The translations under genes were made by a program, and so were the position numbers. A model generated the notes under the pieces. That model searched no databases. It was not told the origin of the DNA and saw nothing but the letters and a program-made list of their open reading frames with translations. Shown here in pieces: positions 8,635-16,690 of a stretch of 21,403 nt of DNA; within the stretch, counting starts at the first letter, position 1; each line of letters opens with the position of its first letter. The stretch covers positions 1-21,403 of the forward strand of contig JANRJP010000040.1 in assembly GCA_033763905.1 (NCBI GenBank). Direction: 5' to 3'. The stretch comes from Gemmatimonadaceae bacterium (GTDB taxonomy: Bacteria; Gemmatimonadota; Gemmatimonadetes; Gemmatimonadales; Gemmatimonadaceae).

Positions 8635-8697
8635 CGTTTCAATAGGTTGCGGCGGTCAGGAATCCCCGATCGTCCGCTGTCTCCCTCCAGATCCCCA

Positions 8698-11298
8698 ATG
8701 CGCAACGTTCCGTTGATGGTCGTCGCCGCAGGCCTCGCGCTGCAGGCGTGTGGCCAGTCGAACACGCCGACGCCGGCGCCGACGCCGGCACCGAGTCAGC
8801 AACCGGCGGCTCAGCCGACCCCCGCGCCGCGGCCGTCGCCGCAGCAGCCCGCTCCGCAGCAGCCCGGCCCGCAGCAGCCTGGTTCGACGCCCGCCAATGG
8901 GCAGGCACCGGGCGGTGCCGGCGGCCCCGGTGCGCCGGGAGCCGATCCGCAGCCCCGGCCATATGCGCAGGTCATCACGGGCCGCGCCAAGTCGAAGCAG
9001 GGCGTGTTCGCCGTCCATCAGGTCGGCTCGCGGCTGTTCTTCGAGATTCCCGCTGCTGAACTCAACAAGGATTTCGTGCTGACCTGGGTGCTCGCGGGCA
9101 CGCCGGCCGGCATCGGGATCAATGGGACGCTGGGCGGCGACAAGCTCATTCGCTTCGAGCGTCGCGAGAACCGCATCTATGTCCGCGATGTCAACTACAA
9201 CAACGTGGCGACCGACTCGGCACAGCAGACCGCGCGCGCGATGTCGTTGATCGAGTTCTACCCGATCCTCGCCACGCTGAACGTCGAAGCCTACGGCAAG
9301 GACAGCGCCGCCGTCGTCGAAGTGACGCGGATGTTCACCGGGGGCGTGGCAGAAATCGCGGCCGGCGGTCGCCGCGTCGCGGTGGATGCGACGCGCTCGT
9401 ACATCGACAAGTTCGCCGCCTTCTCGCGCAACGTGAACGTGACGGCGGTGCAGACGTTCCCGAACTCGCCCGCCGCCGGCTTCCCCGGGCTGCCCGCTCC
9501 GGTGGCCGCCGCCCCGCAGGGCTCGACGACCGAAGCCTGGACCTACTCGATCGTCAAGTTGCCCGACGTCCCGATGATGCCGCGCCTGATGGACGCGCGC
9601 GTCGGCTATTTCGGGGAATCGAAGACGGACTTCGGCTCGCCCGAGAAGCGGGTGCAGCCGCGGCGATACATCGCCCGGTGGCGCTTGGAATGCTCCGACC
9701 AGAAGGTCGGCCAGCTCTGCGTGCCGAAGAAGCCGATCACGTACTACGTGGATCCGGGTACGCCGAAGTGGCTCGTGCCGTGGGTGAAGGCGGGCATCGA
9801 AGAGTGGCAGGACGCGTTCGCCGATGCCGGCTTCGCCAAGGGTATCGTGGCGGCGGACGCACCGAACACCCCGGACTTCTCCGGTGAAGACGCCACCGTC
9901 GCAATGGTGCGCTGGCTGCCGAGCCCGGTGGCCAATGCGGTCGGGCCGAGCACGACCGACCCGCGCTCGGGCGAAATCATCGACGCCGACGTCCAGATGT
10001 ATCACAACATCATGGACCTCCAGCGCAACTGGTACTTCACGCAGGTCGGCCACCTCGACCCGCGTGCGCAGAAGTTCCCCTTCCCCGACGAGTTGATGGG
10101 CCGTCTGGTCCAGTTCGTCGTGGCGCACGAAGTCGGGCATACGCTCGGCTTCCCGCACAACCAGAAGAGCTCGTCGATGTATCCGGCCGACTCGGTCCGC
10201 TCGAAGACCTGGGTCGCGAAGATGGGGCACGCGCCGTCGATCATGGACTACGCGCGCTTCAACTACGTCGCGCAGCCCGAAGACGGCATTGCGCTCGCCG
10301 ACCTCGTGCCGAAGGTCGGCCCGTATGATCGCTTCGCGGTGAAGTGGGGCTACACCCCGATCCCCGGCGCCAAGTCGCCGGAAGCCGAGAAGGCCACGCT
10401 CGACCAGTGGGCCCGGATGCAGGATTCGATTCCGTGGTACCGCTTCGGTGGCGACGCGAACCCGAACGCCCCCGACCCGGGCGAGCAGAGTGAAGCGATC
10501 GGTGACGCCGACGCGGTGAAGTCGACTCGCCTCGGCTACAAGAACCTCGCGCGCATCATGAAGCTGATGGAGACGGCCGCCACGCAGGACAAGACGGCCG
10601 ACTTCACGCTGCTCCGGCAGACCTACGGCGCGATCGTCGGCCAGTGGTCGACCGAAGCCGGCCACGTGCAGAAGGTCGTCGGCGCGGTGCAGCAGCAGCA
10701 GAAGGTCGCGGGTCAGAGCGGCCCAGTGTGGGTGCCGATCTCGAAGGCCCGTCAGGCCGAGGCGGTGAAGTTCCTGAACGACGAGGTCTTTTCGACGCCG
10801 ACGTATCTGATCGATACGCCGGTGCTGGCGAAGCTCGAGTCCGACGGCAACATCGGCCGCATCACGAGTGCGCAGGCCCGTGCCCTCGCGCAGTTGGTCG
10901 ACAACCGCAAGCTGCAGCGGATGGTCGAACTCGAGGCCGTGTCGTCGAACAAGAGCGAGCTGTACACGGTGGGCGAGATGCTTACCGATCTGCGCCGCGG
11001 CCTGTGGCGTGAGATCGCCAGCGGCCAGGCCATCGACCCGTACCGCCGCCGCCTGCAGTCCGTGTACCTCGAGGCGATGAACGGCAAGATCAATCCGCCG
11101 ACGTCGAGTGGGCCGCCGAATCCGTTTGCCGGACCGGTCGTCAGCACGCGGGATTTCCGCGCGATTCTCAAGGATGAGATGCGGGTGCTCGATCGCGAGT
11201 TGGCCGCGGCCATCCCGAAGACGAGCGATCGGACGTCGCGTGCGCACCTGCAGGATGCGCGCGATCAGATCAAGCAGATGCTCGATCCGAAGAACTGA
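8698..11298 (+). CDS. Zinc-dependent metzincin metalloprotease lipoprotein (DUF5118/DUF5117/DUF4953, EcxA-like)
   Basis: Lipobox ALQAC; Pro/Gln linker; MMPRLMDARVGYF, YIARWRLE, DPRSGEII; zinc motif HEVGHTLGFPH (HExxHxxGxxH); Met-turn SIMDY. Confidence 0.93.
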   Translation: MRNVPLMVVAAGLALQACGQSNTPTPAPTPAPSQQPAAQPTPAPRPSPQQPAPQQPGPQQPGSTPANGQAPGGAGGPGAPGADPQPRPYAQVITGRAKSKQGVFAVHQVGSRLFFEIPAAELNKDFVLTWVLAGTPAGIGINGTLGGDKLIRFERRENRIYVRDVNYNNVATDSAQQTARAMSLIEFYPILATLNVEAYGKDSAAVVEVTRMFTGGVAEIAAGGRRVAVDATRSYIDKFAAFSRNVNVTAVQTFPNSPAAGFPGLPAPVAAAPQGSTTEAWTYSIVKLPDVPMMPRLMDARVGYFGESKTDFGSPEKRVQPRRYIARWRLECSDQKVGQLCVPKKPITYYVDPGTPKWLVPWVKAGIEEWQDAFADAGFAKGIVAADAPNTPDFSGEDATVAMVRWLPSPVANAVGPSTTDPRSGEIIDADVQMYHNIMDLQRNWYFTQVGHLDPRAQKFPFPDELMGRLVQFVVAHEVGHTLGFPHNQKSSSMYPADSVRSKTWVAKMGHAPSIMDYARFNYVAQPEDGIALADLVPKVGPYDRFAVKWGYTPIPGAKSPEAEKATLDQWARMQDSIPWYRFGGDANPNAPDPGEQSEAIGDADAVKSTRLGYKNLARIMKLMETAATQDKTADFTLLRQTYGAIVGQWSTEAGHVQKVVGAVQQQQKVAGQSGPVWVPISKARQAEAVKFLNDEVFSTPTYLIDTPVLAKLESDGNIGRITSAQARALAQLVDNRKLQRMVELEAVSSNKSELYTVGEMLTDLRRGLWREIASGQAIDPYRRRLQSVYLEAMNGKINPPTSSGPPNPFAGPVVSTRDFRAILKDEMRVLDRELAAAIPKTSDRTSRAHLQDARDQIKQMLDPKN
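8839..8883 (+). repeat. 3 x 15-bp coding tandem repeat (PQQP-A/G) in the protease linker
   Basis: ccgcagcagcccgct / ccgcagcagcccggc / ccgcagcagcctggt. Confidence 0.8.
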
Positions 11299-11324
11299 CG
11301 CCGACGACCCCACGGGTCGTGGTA

Positions 11325-11369
11325 CACACGCGGCACTCGGGCATCGGCCCGGGTGCCGCGTGTGGTTTT
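11325..11369 (+). terminator. Rho-independent terminator after the metalloprotease gene
   Basis: 18-bp stem CACACGCGGCACTCGGGC / GCCCGGGTGCCGCGTGTG (one G-U), loop ATCG, followed by GTTTT; preceded by a 7-bp hairpin at 11304-11320. Confidence 0.8.
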
Positions 11370-11399
11370 GGGGCGCTGTCTGACGACGCGCCGCCGGTG

Positions 11400-11405
11400 T
11401 AGACT
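11400..11405 (+). promoter_or_regulatory. -10 element TAGACT of a probable leaderless transcript
   Basis: TANNNT hexamer 5 nt before the ATG at 11411, no Shine-Dalgarno, just downstream of a terminator. Confidence 0.5.
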
Positions 11406-11410
11406 CGCGA

Positions 11411-12253
11411 ATGCTCGTGCTCCTGGCTCTGGTGGCGTTCGCCGCGAACTCCTTGTTCGCGCGAGCGGCGTTGCGTGGCGCCGAAGCGGCACCGGCGATG
11501 TACACGCTGGTCCGCCTGGCCTCGGGCGCGATCGTGCTCGGCGTGCTCGTCGCGAGGCGACCGCGGGAGACCGTGCCCAGCCCTGCGCCTCGGACCTCGT
11601 ACGGCGGCGCGGTCGCCCTCGTGGTGTACGCGATCGCGTTCTCGGCCGCGTACGTCCGCATCGACACCGGCCTCGGCGCCCTCCTGCTCTTCGGCGCCGT
11701 GCAATTGACGATGCAGGGGGCCACGGTCCTGCGCGGGGATCGCCCCCGCCTGTCGCACTGGATCGGCCTCGCGCTCGCGCTCGGGGGTCTGGTGGTACTG
11801 GTTCGTCCAGGCGCCTCGGCCCCACCGGTGGCGGCGGCAGCGGCGATGATCACAGCGGGCGTGGCGTGGGGCGCCTACTCGCTGCTTGGGCGCGGTGTGC
11901 CGGACGTCTTGGGGGCCACCCGCGACCACTTCGTTCGCGGTACAGGACTGATGGTGGTGGTGGCCGCACTCTGGCCGGGGTCGAGGTGGATCTCGCCGAT
12001 CGGCGTGGTCTTGGCGGTTGCCTCTGGCGCGGTGGCGTCGGGGCTGGGCTACGCGGTGTGGTACGCCGCGCTTCGGCAGATCTCGTCCGCCACGGCGGCG
12101 CTCCTGCAGCTGGCGGTGCCCCCACTCGCGGCGCTGGGTGGGGTGGTGCTGCTTGGCGAAGCCTTGACGCTTCGCCTGGGGCTGTCGACCGCGCTCGTGC
12201 TGGGTGGTATTGCCCTCGCCTTGCACGCGTCCCGAACCGCCAGTCCTCGGTAG
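11411..12253 (+). CDS. DMT/EamA family transporter
   Basis: About 10 hydrophobic segments; AFAANSL..R.AL, LVRLASGA, TGLGALLLFGAVQLTM, GAVASGLGYAVWY, QLAVP..AA.GGV.LLGE. Confidence 0.92.
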   Translation: MLVLLALVAFAANSLFARAALRGAEAAPAMYTLVRLASGAIVLGVLVARRPRETVPSPAPRTSYGGAVALVVYAIAFSAAYVRIDTGLGALLLFGAVQLTMQGATVLRGDRPRLSHWIGLALALGGLVVLVRPGASAPPVAAAAAMITAGVAWGAYSLLGRGVPDVLGATRDHFVRGTGLMVVVAALWPGSRWISPIGVVLAVASGAVASGLGYAVWYAALRQISSATAALLQLAVPPLAALGGVVLLGEALTLRLGLSTALVLGGIALALHASRTASPR

Positions 12254-12321
12254 CTTTCCGGAGCCGCCTTTGGTGCCGCTGGCCTTAGGATTCAGGGCAC
12301 TCTGACGCATATCCCGTTTCT

Positions 12322-13995
12322 ATGCATATCGGCGCCGGCCTGCTGCTGGCCACGTTTCTGATTTCGGTCGCGAGTCTCGCGATCTTCCTGTGGTCGATGT
12401 CGCGCGGCCTGTTCGGTCGCGGAGAGGCCGCCGGGCGCGTGATCTTCGAGCCCAAGGAAATCGGGCTCGTCGAGGAGCCGGCGAGCCCGCTCAGCGAGAC
12501 GCAGGAACTGCAGGTCGTGATGAACCGCACCGGTCACACCGGAGAGTTCGCGGTCATCACGCCGGCCGAAGCCGACGAACGCGCCCGACTCGACGCGTCG
12601 AGCCGCCTCCCCGTGCTCGCCGCACTGATCAGCGCCGTGATCTGGCTGGTGCTCGCCTCGGCGTTCGGGCTCGTCGCGAGCCTCAAGATGCACCTGCCCG
12701 ACTGGCTCGTGGAGCAGCCCTGGCTGACGTTCGGCCGCATCCGCCCGGCGCATCTGAACGCGGTGGGCTACGGCTGGTGTTCGTTCGCCGGGCTTGGCGT
12801 GTCGCTCTGGATGTACCCGCGCTTGCTCAAGACGCCCTTGGTCGGGGCGCGGATCGCGACGGCCGGCATTGCGCTGTGGTTCGTTGGCGTGACCGCCGGT
12901 ATCTGGGCCATCCTCAACGGGCAAAGCGCTGGCCTCGAGTGGCTCGAGTTCCCGTGGCAGGCGGATGTGCCGCTGTTCCTCGGCGGGACGCTGGTCGGTG
13001 TGTCGCTGCTGCTGACGCTGCAGCGCCGCACGGTGCCGCACCTGTACGTGTCGGTGTGGTACATCAGTGCCGGCCTGGTGTGGCTGCCGATTCTGCTGGT
13101 GGTGGCCAAGTGGCCGGGGCTGCACTTCGGCGTGCAGCAGGCGGCGATGAACTGGTGGTTCGGCCACAACGTGCTGGGGCTCTGGTTCACGCCACTTGGC
13201 CTCGCCGCGATCTACTACTTCATCCCGAAGACGCTGGGCAAGCCGATCCACTCGTACAACCTGTCGCTGATCGGCTTCTGGACGCTGGCGTTCTTCTACA
13301 GCCAGGTTGGCGGGCACCACCTGATCGGCGGCCCGGTGCCCTCGTGGCTGGTCACGTTGTCGATCGTGCAGTCGATGATGATGATCATCCCCGTCGTCGC
13401 GGTAGGAATCAACCAGCACCGCACGGCGTGGGGGCATTTGGGCGCGCTGCGCTATTCGCCCACCCTGCGCTTCGTCGTCGTTGGCGGGATGCTCTATACG
13501 CTCGCGTCGGTGCAGGGCTCGATGCAGTCCCTGCGGATCGTGAATACGACGACGCATTTCACGCACTTCACCGTCGCGCACGCGCATCTGGGGCTGTACG
13601 GGTTCTTCTCGCTGGTGATGTTCGGCGCGATGTACTTCGTGATGCCGCGTGTGCTGGACTGGGAGTGGCCGTCGGCGCGGCTGATTTCGCTGCACTTCTG
13701 GCTGGTCATCGGCGGCTTCGCGATCTACTTCACCGGCCTCAGCATCGGCGGTTGGCTGCAGGGGGTAGCGATGCTCGACGCCTCCAAGCCGTTTATGGAA
13801 TCGGTGCGCGTGACGATTCCGTATCTCGTGTCACGCTCCGTGGGTGGTGGCTTGATGACGGCGGGTCATCTGGTGTTCGCGTTGCACTTCTTCCTGATGC
13901 TGTCGCGCCGCGGGAACCGACAGGGCGCGGCCTTGCTGCGTCGGCCCAATCCCACGCCGCGCAACGTCGGTACCGTCGCGGGGGCACGCGCGTGA
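12322..13995 (+). CDS. ccoN: cbb3-type (C-family) haem-copper oxidase subunit I, divergent, with N-terminal CcoS-like extension
   Basis: All six His ligands: RIRPAH144, WWFGH282N, GGH332H333, AH420AH422; helix VII Tyr326 (FFYSQVGGHH); EWLE calcium-site motif; YYFIPK. Confidence 0.9.
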   Translation: MHIGAGLLLATFLISVASLAIFLWSMSRGLFGRGEAAGRVIFEPKEIGLVEEPASPLSETQELQVVMNRTGHTGEFAVITPAEADERARLDASSRLPVLAALISAVIWLVLASAFGLVASLKMHLPDWLVEQPWLTFGRIRPAHLNAVGYGWCSFAGLGVSLWMYPRLLKTPLVGARIATAGIALWFVGVTAGIWAILNGQSAGLEWLEFPWQADVPLFLGGTLVGVSLLLTLQRRTVPHLYVSVWYISAGLVWLPILLVVAKWPGLHFGVQQAAMNWWFGHNVLGLWFTPLGLAAIYYFIPKTLGKPIHSYNLSLIGFWTLAFFYSQVGGHHLIGGPVPSWLVTLSIVQSMMMIIPVVAVGINQHRTAWGHLGALRYSPTLRFVVVGGMLYTLASVQGSMQSLRIVNTTTHFTHFTVAHAHLGLYGFFSLVMFGAMYFVMPRVLDWEWPSARLISLHFWLVIGGFAIYFTGLSIGGWLQGVAMLDASKPFMESVRVTIPYLVSRSVGGGLMTAGHLVFALHFFLMLSRRGNRQGAALLRRPNPTPRNVGTVAGARA

Positions 13996-14603
13996 GCGGC
14001 GAGCGCGAAGTCTCGGTCTTCCGGTTGTGGCTCGGCGCGGTGGCGATCATCGGGCTCGCCACGGCCCTGCTCGTCGTGGCGCCCTACGCGTCGCTCAAGG
14101 ACGTGGCGCCACCGGAGGGGTTGAATCCGTACACCGCGTCGCAGTTGCGCGGGCGGCAGGTGTACATCGCCAACGGCTGCGTGTACTGCCATTCGCAGCA
14201 GCCGCGCGACCCGAGTGTCGGCCCGGATCAGCAGCGTGGATGGGGTCGACCCAGCGTGCCCGGCGACTACCACTACGACGCGCCGCACTTGCTCGGCACG
14301 ATGCGTACCGGCCCCGATCTCTTCAACATCGCGGTGCGGCAACCGTCGCGTGACTGGCACCTGGGCCATTTGTATCAGCCGCGGGCGTACCTGCCGGGGT
14401 CGATTATGCCGGCGTATCCGTTCCTGTTCGAGCGGCGGCGTGGGAGCGAGGCGCAGCCCGGCGAGGTCGTGCTGGCGTTGCCGCCCGGGGTCGCCCCCGA
14501 AGGGATGCGCGTCGTCGCGAGCGACGATGCGATCGCGCTGGTGGACTACTTGCTTGCGCTCGATCGCAGCTATCCCGTGTTGCCGCCAACGGGGGGTCGA
14601 TGA
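13992..14603 (+). CDS. ccoO: cbb3-type oxidase subunit II (membrane-anchored monohaem cytochrome c)
   Basis: GTG overlaps the ccoN stop (GTGA); one TM; GRQVYIANGCVYCHSQ, LLGTMRTGPDL, WHLGHLYQPR, SIMPAYPFL. Confidence 0.92.
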   Translation: MSGEREVSVFRLWLGAVAIIGLATALLVVAPYASLKDVAPPEGLNPYTASQLRGRQVYIANGCVYCHSQQPRDPSVGPDQQRGWGRPSVPGDYHYDAPHLLGTMRTGPDLFNIAVRQPSRDWHLGHLYQPRAYLPGSIMPAYPFLFERRRGSEAQPGEVVLALPPGVAPEGMRVVASDDAIALVDYLLALDRSYPVLPPTGGR

Positions 14604-15187
14604 GCGATCGGCTCAAGCAGCCACCGCGGCAACGCGAGTACGGTGATCCGGAAGAGCGCACCCAACCGCTCCCGCGCGTGCTGGTGTTGCTCGCCGCCGC
14701 GCTGATCGGTTGGGGGGCGTGGTACATCACGTCGTTGGAAGGGACGGCCGACCCCAGGCTCGGGGACCGACGCACGCTCTCGGCACTGACGCCCGCCGTT
14801 CCGGCCGCGGGCGCCGTCGATGGCGCGCAGATTTTTGCTGGCAAGTGTGCCGCGTGTCATCAGGCCACGGGGCTCGGTGTGGCTGGCGTCTTCCCGCCAC
14901 TCGCCGGGTCACCGTGGGTGCTGGAATCCGAGACGCGACTGACGCAGATCCTGCTGCACGGGATCCAAGGCCCGATCGACGTGCTCGGCACGACGTACAA
15001 CGGGCTGATGCCGCCGTGGAACGCGCTGAGTGACGAGGAGATCGCTGCGGTCGCGACGTACATCCGCACGTCGTGGGGCAACACCGCCGCACCCGTGAGC
15101 GCCGCGACGGTCGCGGCGCAGCGCGCCGCCACGGCGGCGCGGACCGGCGCCTGGAGCGGCGGCGCCGAGCTGCTCACGATTCCGTGA
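14600..15187 (+). CDS. Membrane-anchored monohaem class I cytochrome c
   Basis: ATGA overlap; one TM; single CAACH, G.GVAGVFPPLAGS, YNGLMP, LSDEEIAAVATYIR.SWGN. Confidence 0.92.
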   Translation: MSDRLKQPPRQREYGDPEERTQPLPRVLVLLAAALIGWGAWYITSLEGTADPRLGDRRTLSALTPAVPAAGAVDGAQIFAGKCAACHQATGLGVAGVFPPLAGSPWVLESETRLTQILLHGIQGPIDVLGTTYNGLMPPWNALSDEEIAAVATYIRTSWGNTAAPVSAATVAAQRAATAARTGAWSGGAELLTIP

Positions 15188-15804
15188 GCGAGCGCGGCGC
15201 GTGGCGCGCCGTTGCCGGCGGCTGCGCGTCGCTCGTTGCGGCGGTTGCCGCGCTCTGGTGGGCCACCGCCGGGTTTTCCGCGATCACCTACGATGGGGCC
15301 AAGGCCGCGCGCCTCGCCTCGCGTCCGCGGGCCGTGCCGCGGGTGCGCCTGGTCACCGCCGATGGCGCGGTGTTGGCGCTCCCGCTCCGCGAGCAGGTGA
15401 CCATCGTCGATTTCGTCTCGACGTCGTGCGTCGCCGTGTGCCTGGCGCAGGGCGCCTCGCTGCAGGCCTTGCAGCGGCTGATTCGCGAGCGCGGGCTGGT
15501 GGGTCGCGTGGCGCTGCTCAGCGTGTCGTTCGATCCCGACGATGATGCGGGTCGGCTGGACGGATTTGCCGCGACGCGTGGATTGGCCCCCGACATCTGG
15601 CGTATCGCGCGTGCCGACGGAGACGCGCGACGCGCGCTGCTCGACACCTTCGATATCCGCATCGTCCGTGATCCGCTGGCGGGTTGGCGACACAACGCGG
15701 CGTTGCACATCGTGGATCGCGACGGTGCGCTTCGCGCCGTGCACGAGGTTGCCGATGTTCGCGGGGCGCTCCGCACCGCGACGCAGCTGACCGAGACGCC
15801 CTGA
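15184..15804 (+). CDS. SCO/SenC family copper chaperone
   Basis: GTGA overlap; N-terminal TM; VDFVSTSCVAVC (CxxxC), LSVSFDP..D, conserved His in WRHNAALHIVD.DG. Confidence 0.88.
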   Translation: MSERGAWRAVAGGCASLVAAVAALWWATAGFSAITYDGAKAARLASRPRAVPRVRLVTADGAVLALPLREQVTIVDFVSTSCVAVCLAQGASLQALQRLIRERGLVGRVALLSVSFDPDDDAGRLDGFAATRGLAPDIWRIARADGDARRALLDTFDIRIVRDPLAGWRHNAALHIVDRDGALRAVHEVADVRGALRTATQLTETP

Positions 15805-16379
15805 TGTCCGCGGCGCGATCCGGGGTGCTGCGCGTGTTGCTGACGGCGTTCCCCGCGGTGCTGCTCCTTCCCCCGGTGCGCGCGTGGCTGGAAGCGACGA
15901 TGACGCGGCAGATGTTGCTCCAGATTCCACTGGTGATCGCCGCGGGCTGGTGGCTCGCTGCGCTGTTGCCGCGCGCGTGGCATCGGCGCGTGTCGGCGTG
16001 GAATCCCGGCGGTGTGGCCGGGTTGGTGTTGGCCGTCGCGCTGGGCGGGGTCGTGATGACGCCGCGTGTCCTCGACGCGGCGACCTACAGCGCGGGGGCC
16101 GACGCGCTCAAGCTGGCGTGTGCCTTCGGATGCGGCGTCGCCGCGGGGGCATCGTGGCGACCGGCGGGCATTCCCGGGCAGGCGTTCGTCGTGGGCAACA
16201 TCGCGTGGATGCTCGCGGCGTCTGGCGTACTGCTCCGCGATTGGCCGCAGCGGGTCTGCGCCGCGTACCTCGAGCAGGATCAGCGCATTGCCGGCACCGG
16301 ACTCGTGCTGTGGGCGCTCGTGCTCTCGGCGCTGTGGCTCGTCCCGCAGCTCAGGCGTCGTCGCGCATCACCACTCTGA
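15804..16379 (+). CDS. Integral membrane protein, possible oxidase assembly factor (distantly CtaG-like)
   Basis: TGATG overlap; about 6 hydrophobic segments; LEATMTRQMLLQIPL, PRVLDAA, RVCAAYLEQDQRIAG. The assembly role is inferred from context. Confidence 0.7.
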   Translation: MSAARSGVLRVLLTAFPAVLLLPPVRAWLEATMTRQMLLQIPLVIAAGWWLAALLPRAWHRRVSAWNPGGVAGLVLAVALGGVVMTPRVLDAATYSAGADALKLACAFGCGVAAGASWRPAGIPGQAFVVGNIAWMLAASGVLLRDWPQRVCAAYLEQDQRIAGTGLVLWALVLSALWLVPQLRRRRASPL

Positions 16380-16680
16380 CGACGAGCCGCTTCCAGCTCG
16401 CGGTATCGTCACCGCGGACGCGCTCGACGATGGCGCCGCAACGCCCGCCGCCGAGCATCCACGGCTGCAGCCACGCGCCGATCTCGTACGGCAGGTGGCC
16501 GACGACATCACCGCCCGGCGCGTGCACCCAGACTCCAGGCTCATCGGTGCCCGGCGGATCGGGCACCAAGATCAGGCGATCGCCCGTCGTCAGTCGATGC
16601 AGCACATCGGATCGCTTCGCGAACACCGTGCCGTGCACGGTTGCGCGGAACTCAGGGGCCGCCTGTGCGGGGAGGCTCAT
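16351..16680 (-). CDS. Stand-alone HIRAN-domain protein
   Basis: 109 aa; pattern TVHG..F, L..GD.L.L.PDP, V.V...G.VVGHLP..I...L matches the HIRAN fold; starts 10 nt after the glycosylase stop. Confidence 0.75.
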   Translation of the reverse strand: MSLPAQAAPEFRATVHGTVFAKRSDVLHRLTTGDRLILVPDPPGTDEPGVWVHAPGGDVVGHLPYEIGAWLQPWMLGGGRCGAIVERVRGDDTASWKRLVVRVVMRDDA

Positions 16681-16690
16681 TCCGCAACAT

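Noticed and set aside
11312..11323. Fourth copy of the LytTR-like motif (ACGGGTCGTGGT)
   Set aside because: Lacks the CCC end and is explained as one arm of a hairpin upstream of the terminator.
8656..11853. 1065-aa antisense ORF
   Set aside because: Lies opposite the metalloprotease and EamA genes, has no recognisable motifs, and is the expected shadow of biased high-GC codon usage.
12302..12315. FNR-like box CTGAC-gcat-ATCCC upstream of ccoN
   Set aside because: Only 6/10 match to TTGAT-N4-ATCAA and 6 nt from the ATG, the wrong position for an activator site.
12390..13991. 534-codon upstream extension of the CcoO frame, suggesting an N-O fusion or frameshift
   Set aside because: The extension is low-complexity off-frame translation of ccoN; ccoN has its own stop overlapping a GTG start.
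12322..13995. Nitric oxide reductase (NorB) interpretation
   Set aside because: The helix VII cross-link Tyr is present, the Glu after the helix VI His of cNOR/qNOR (HLWVEG) is absent, the partner is CcoO-like and a SCO copper chaperone is in the operon.
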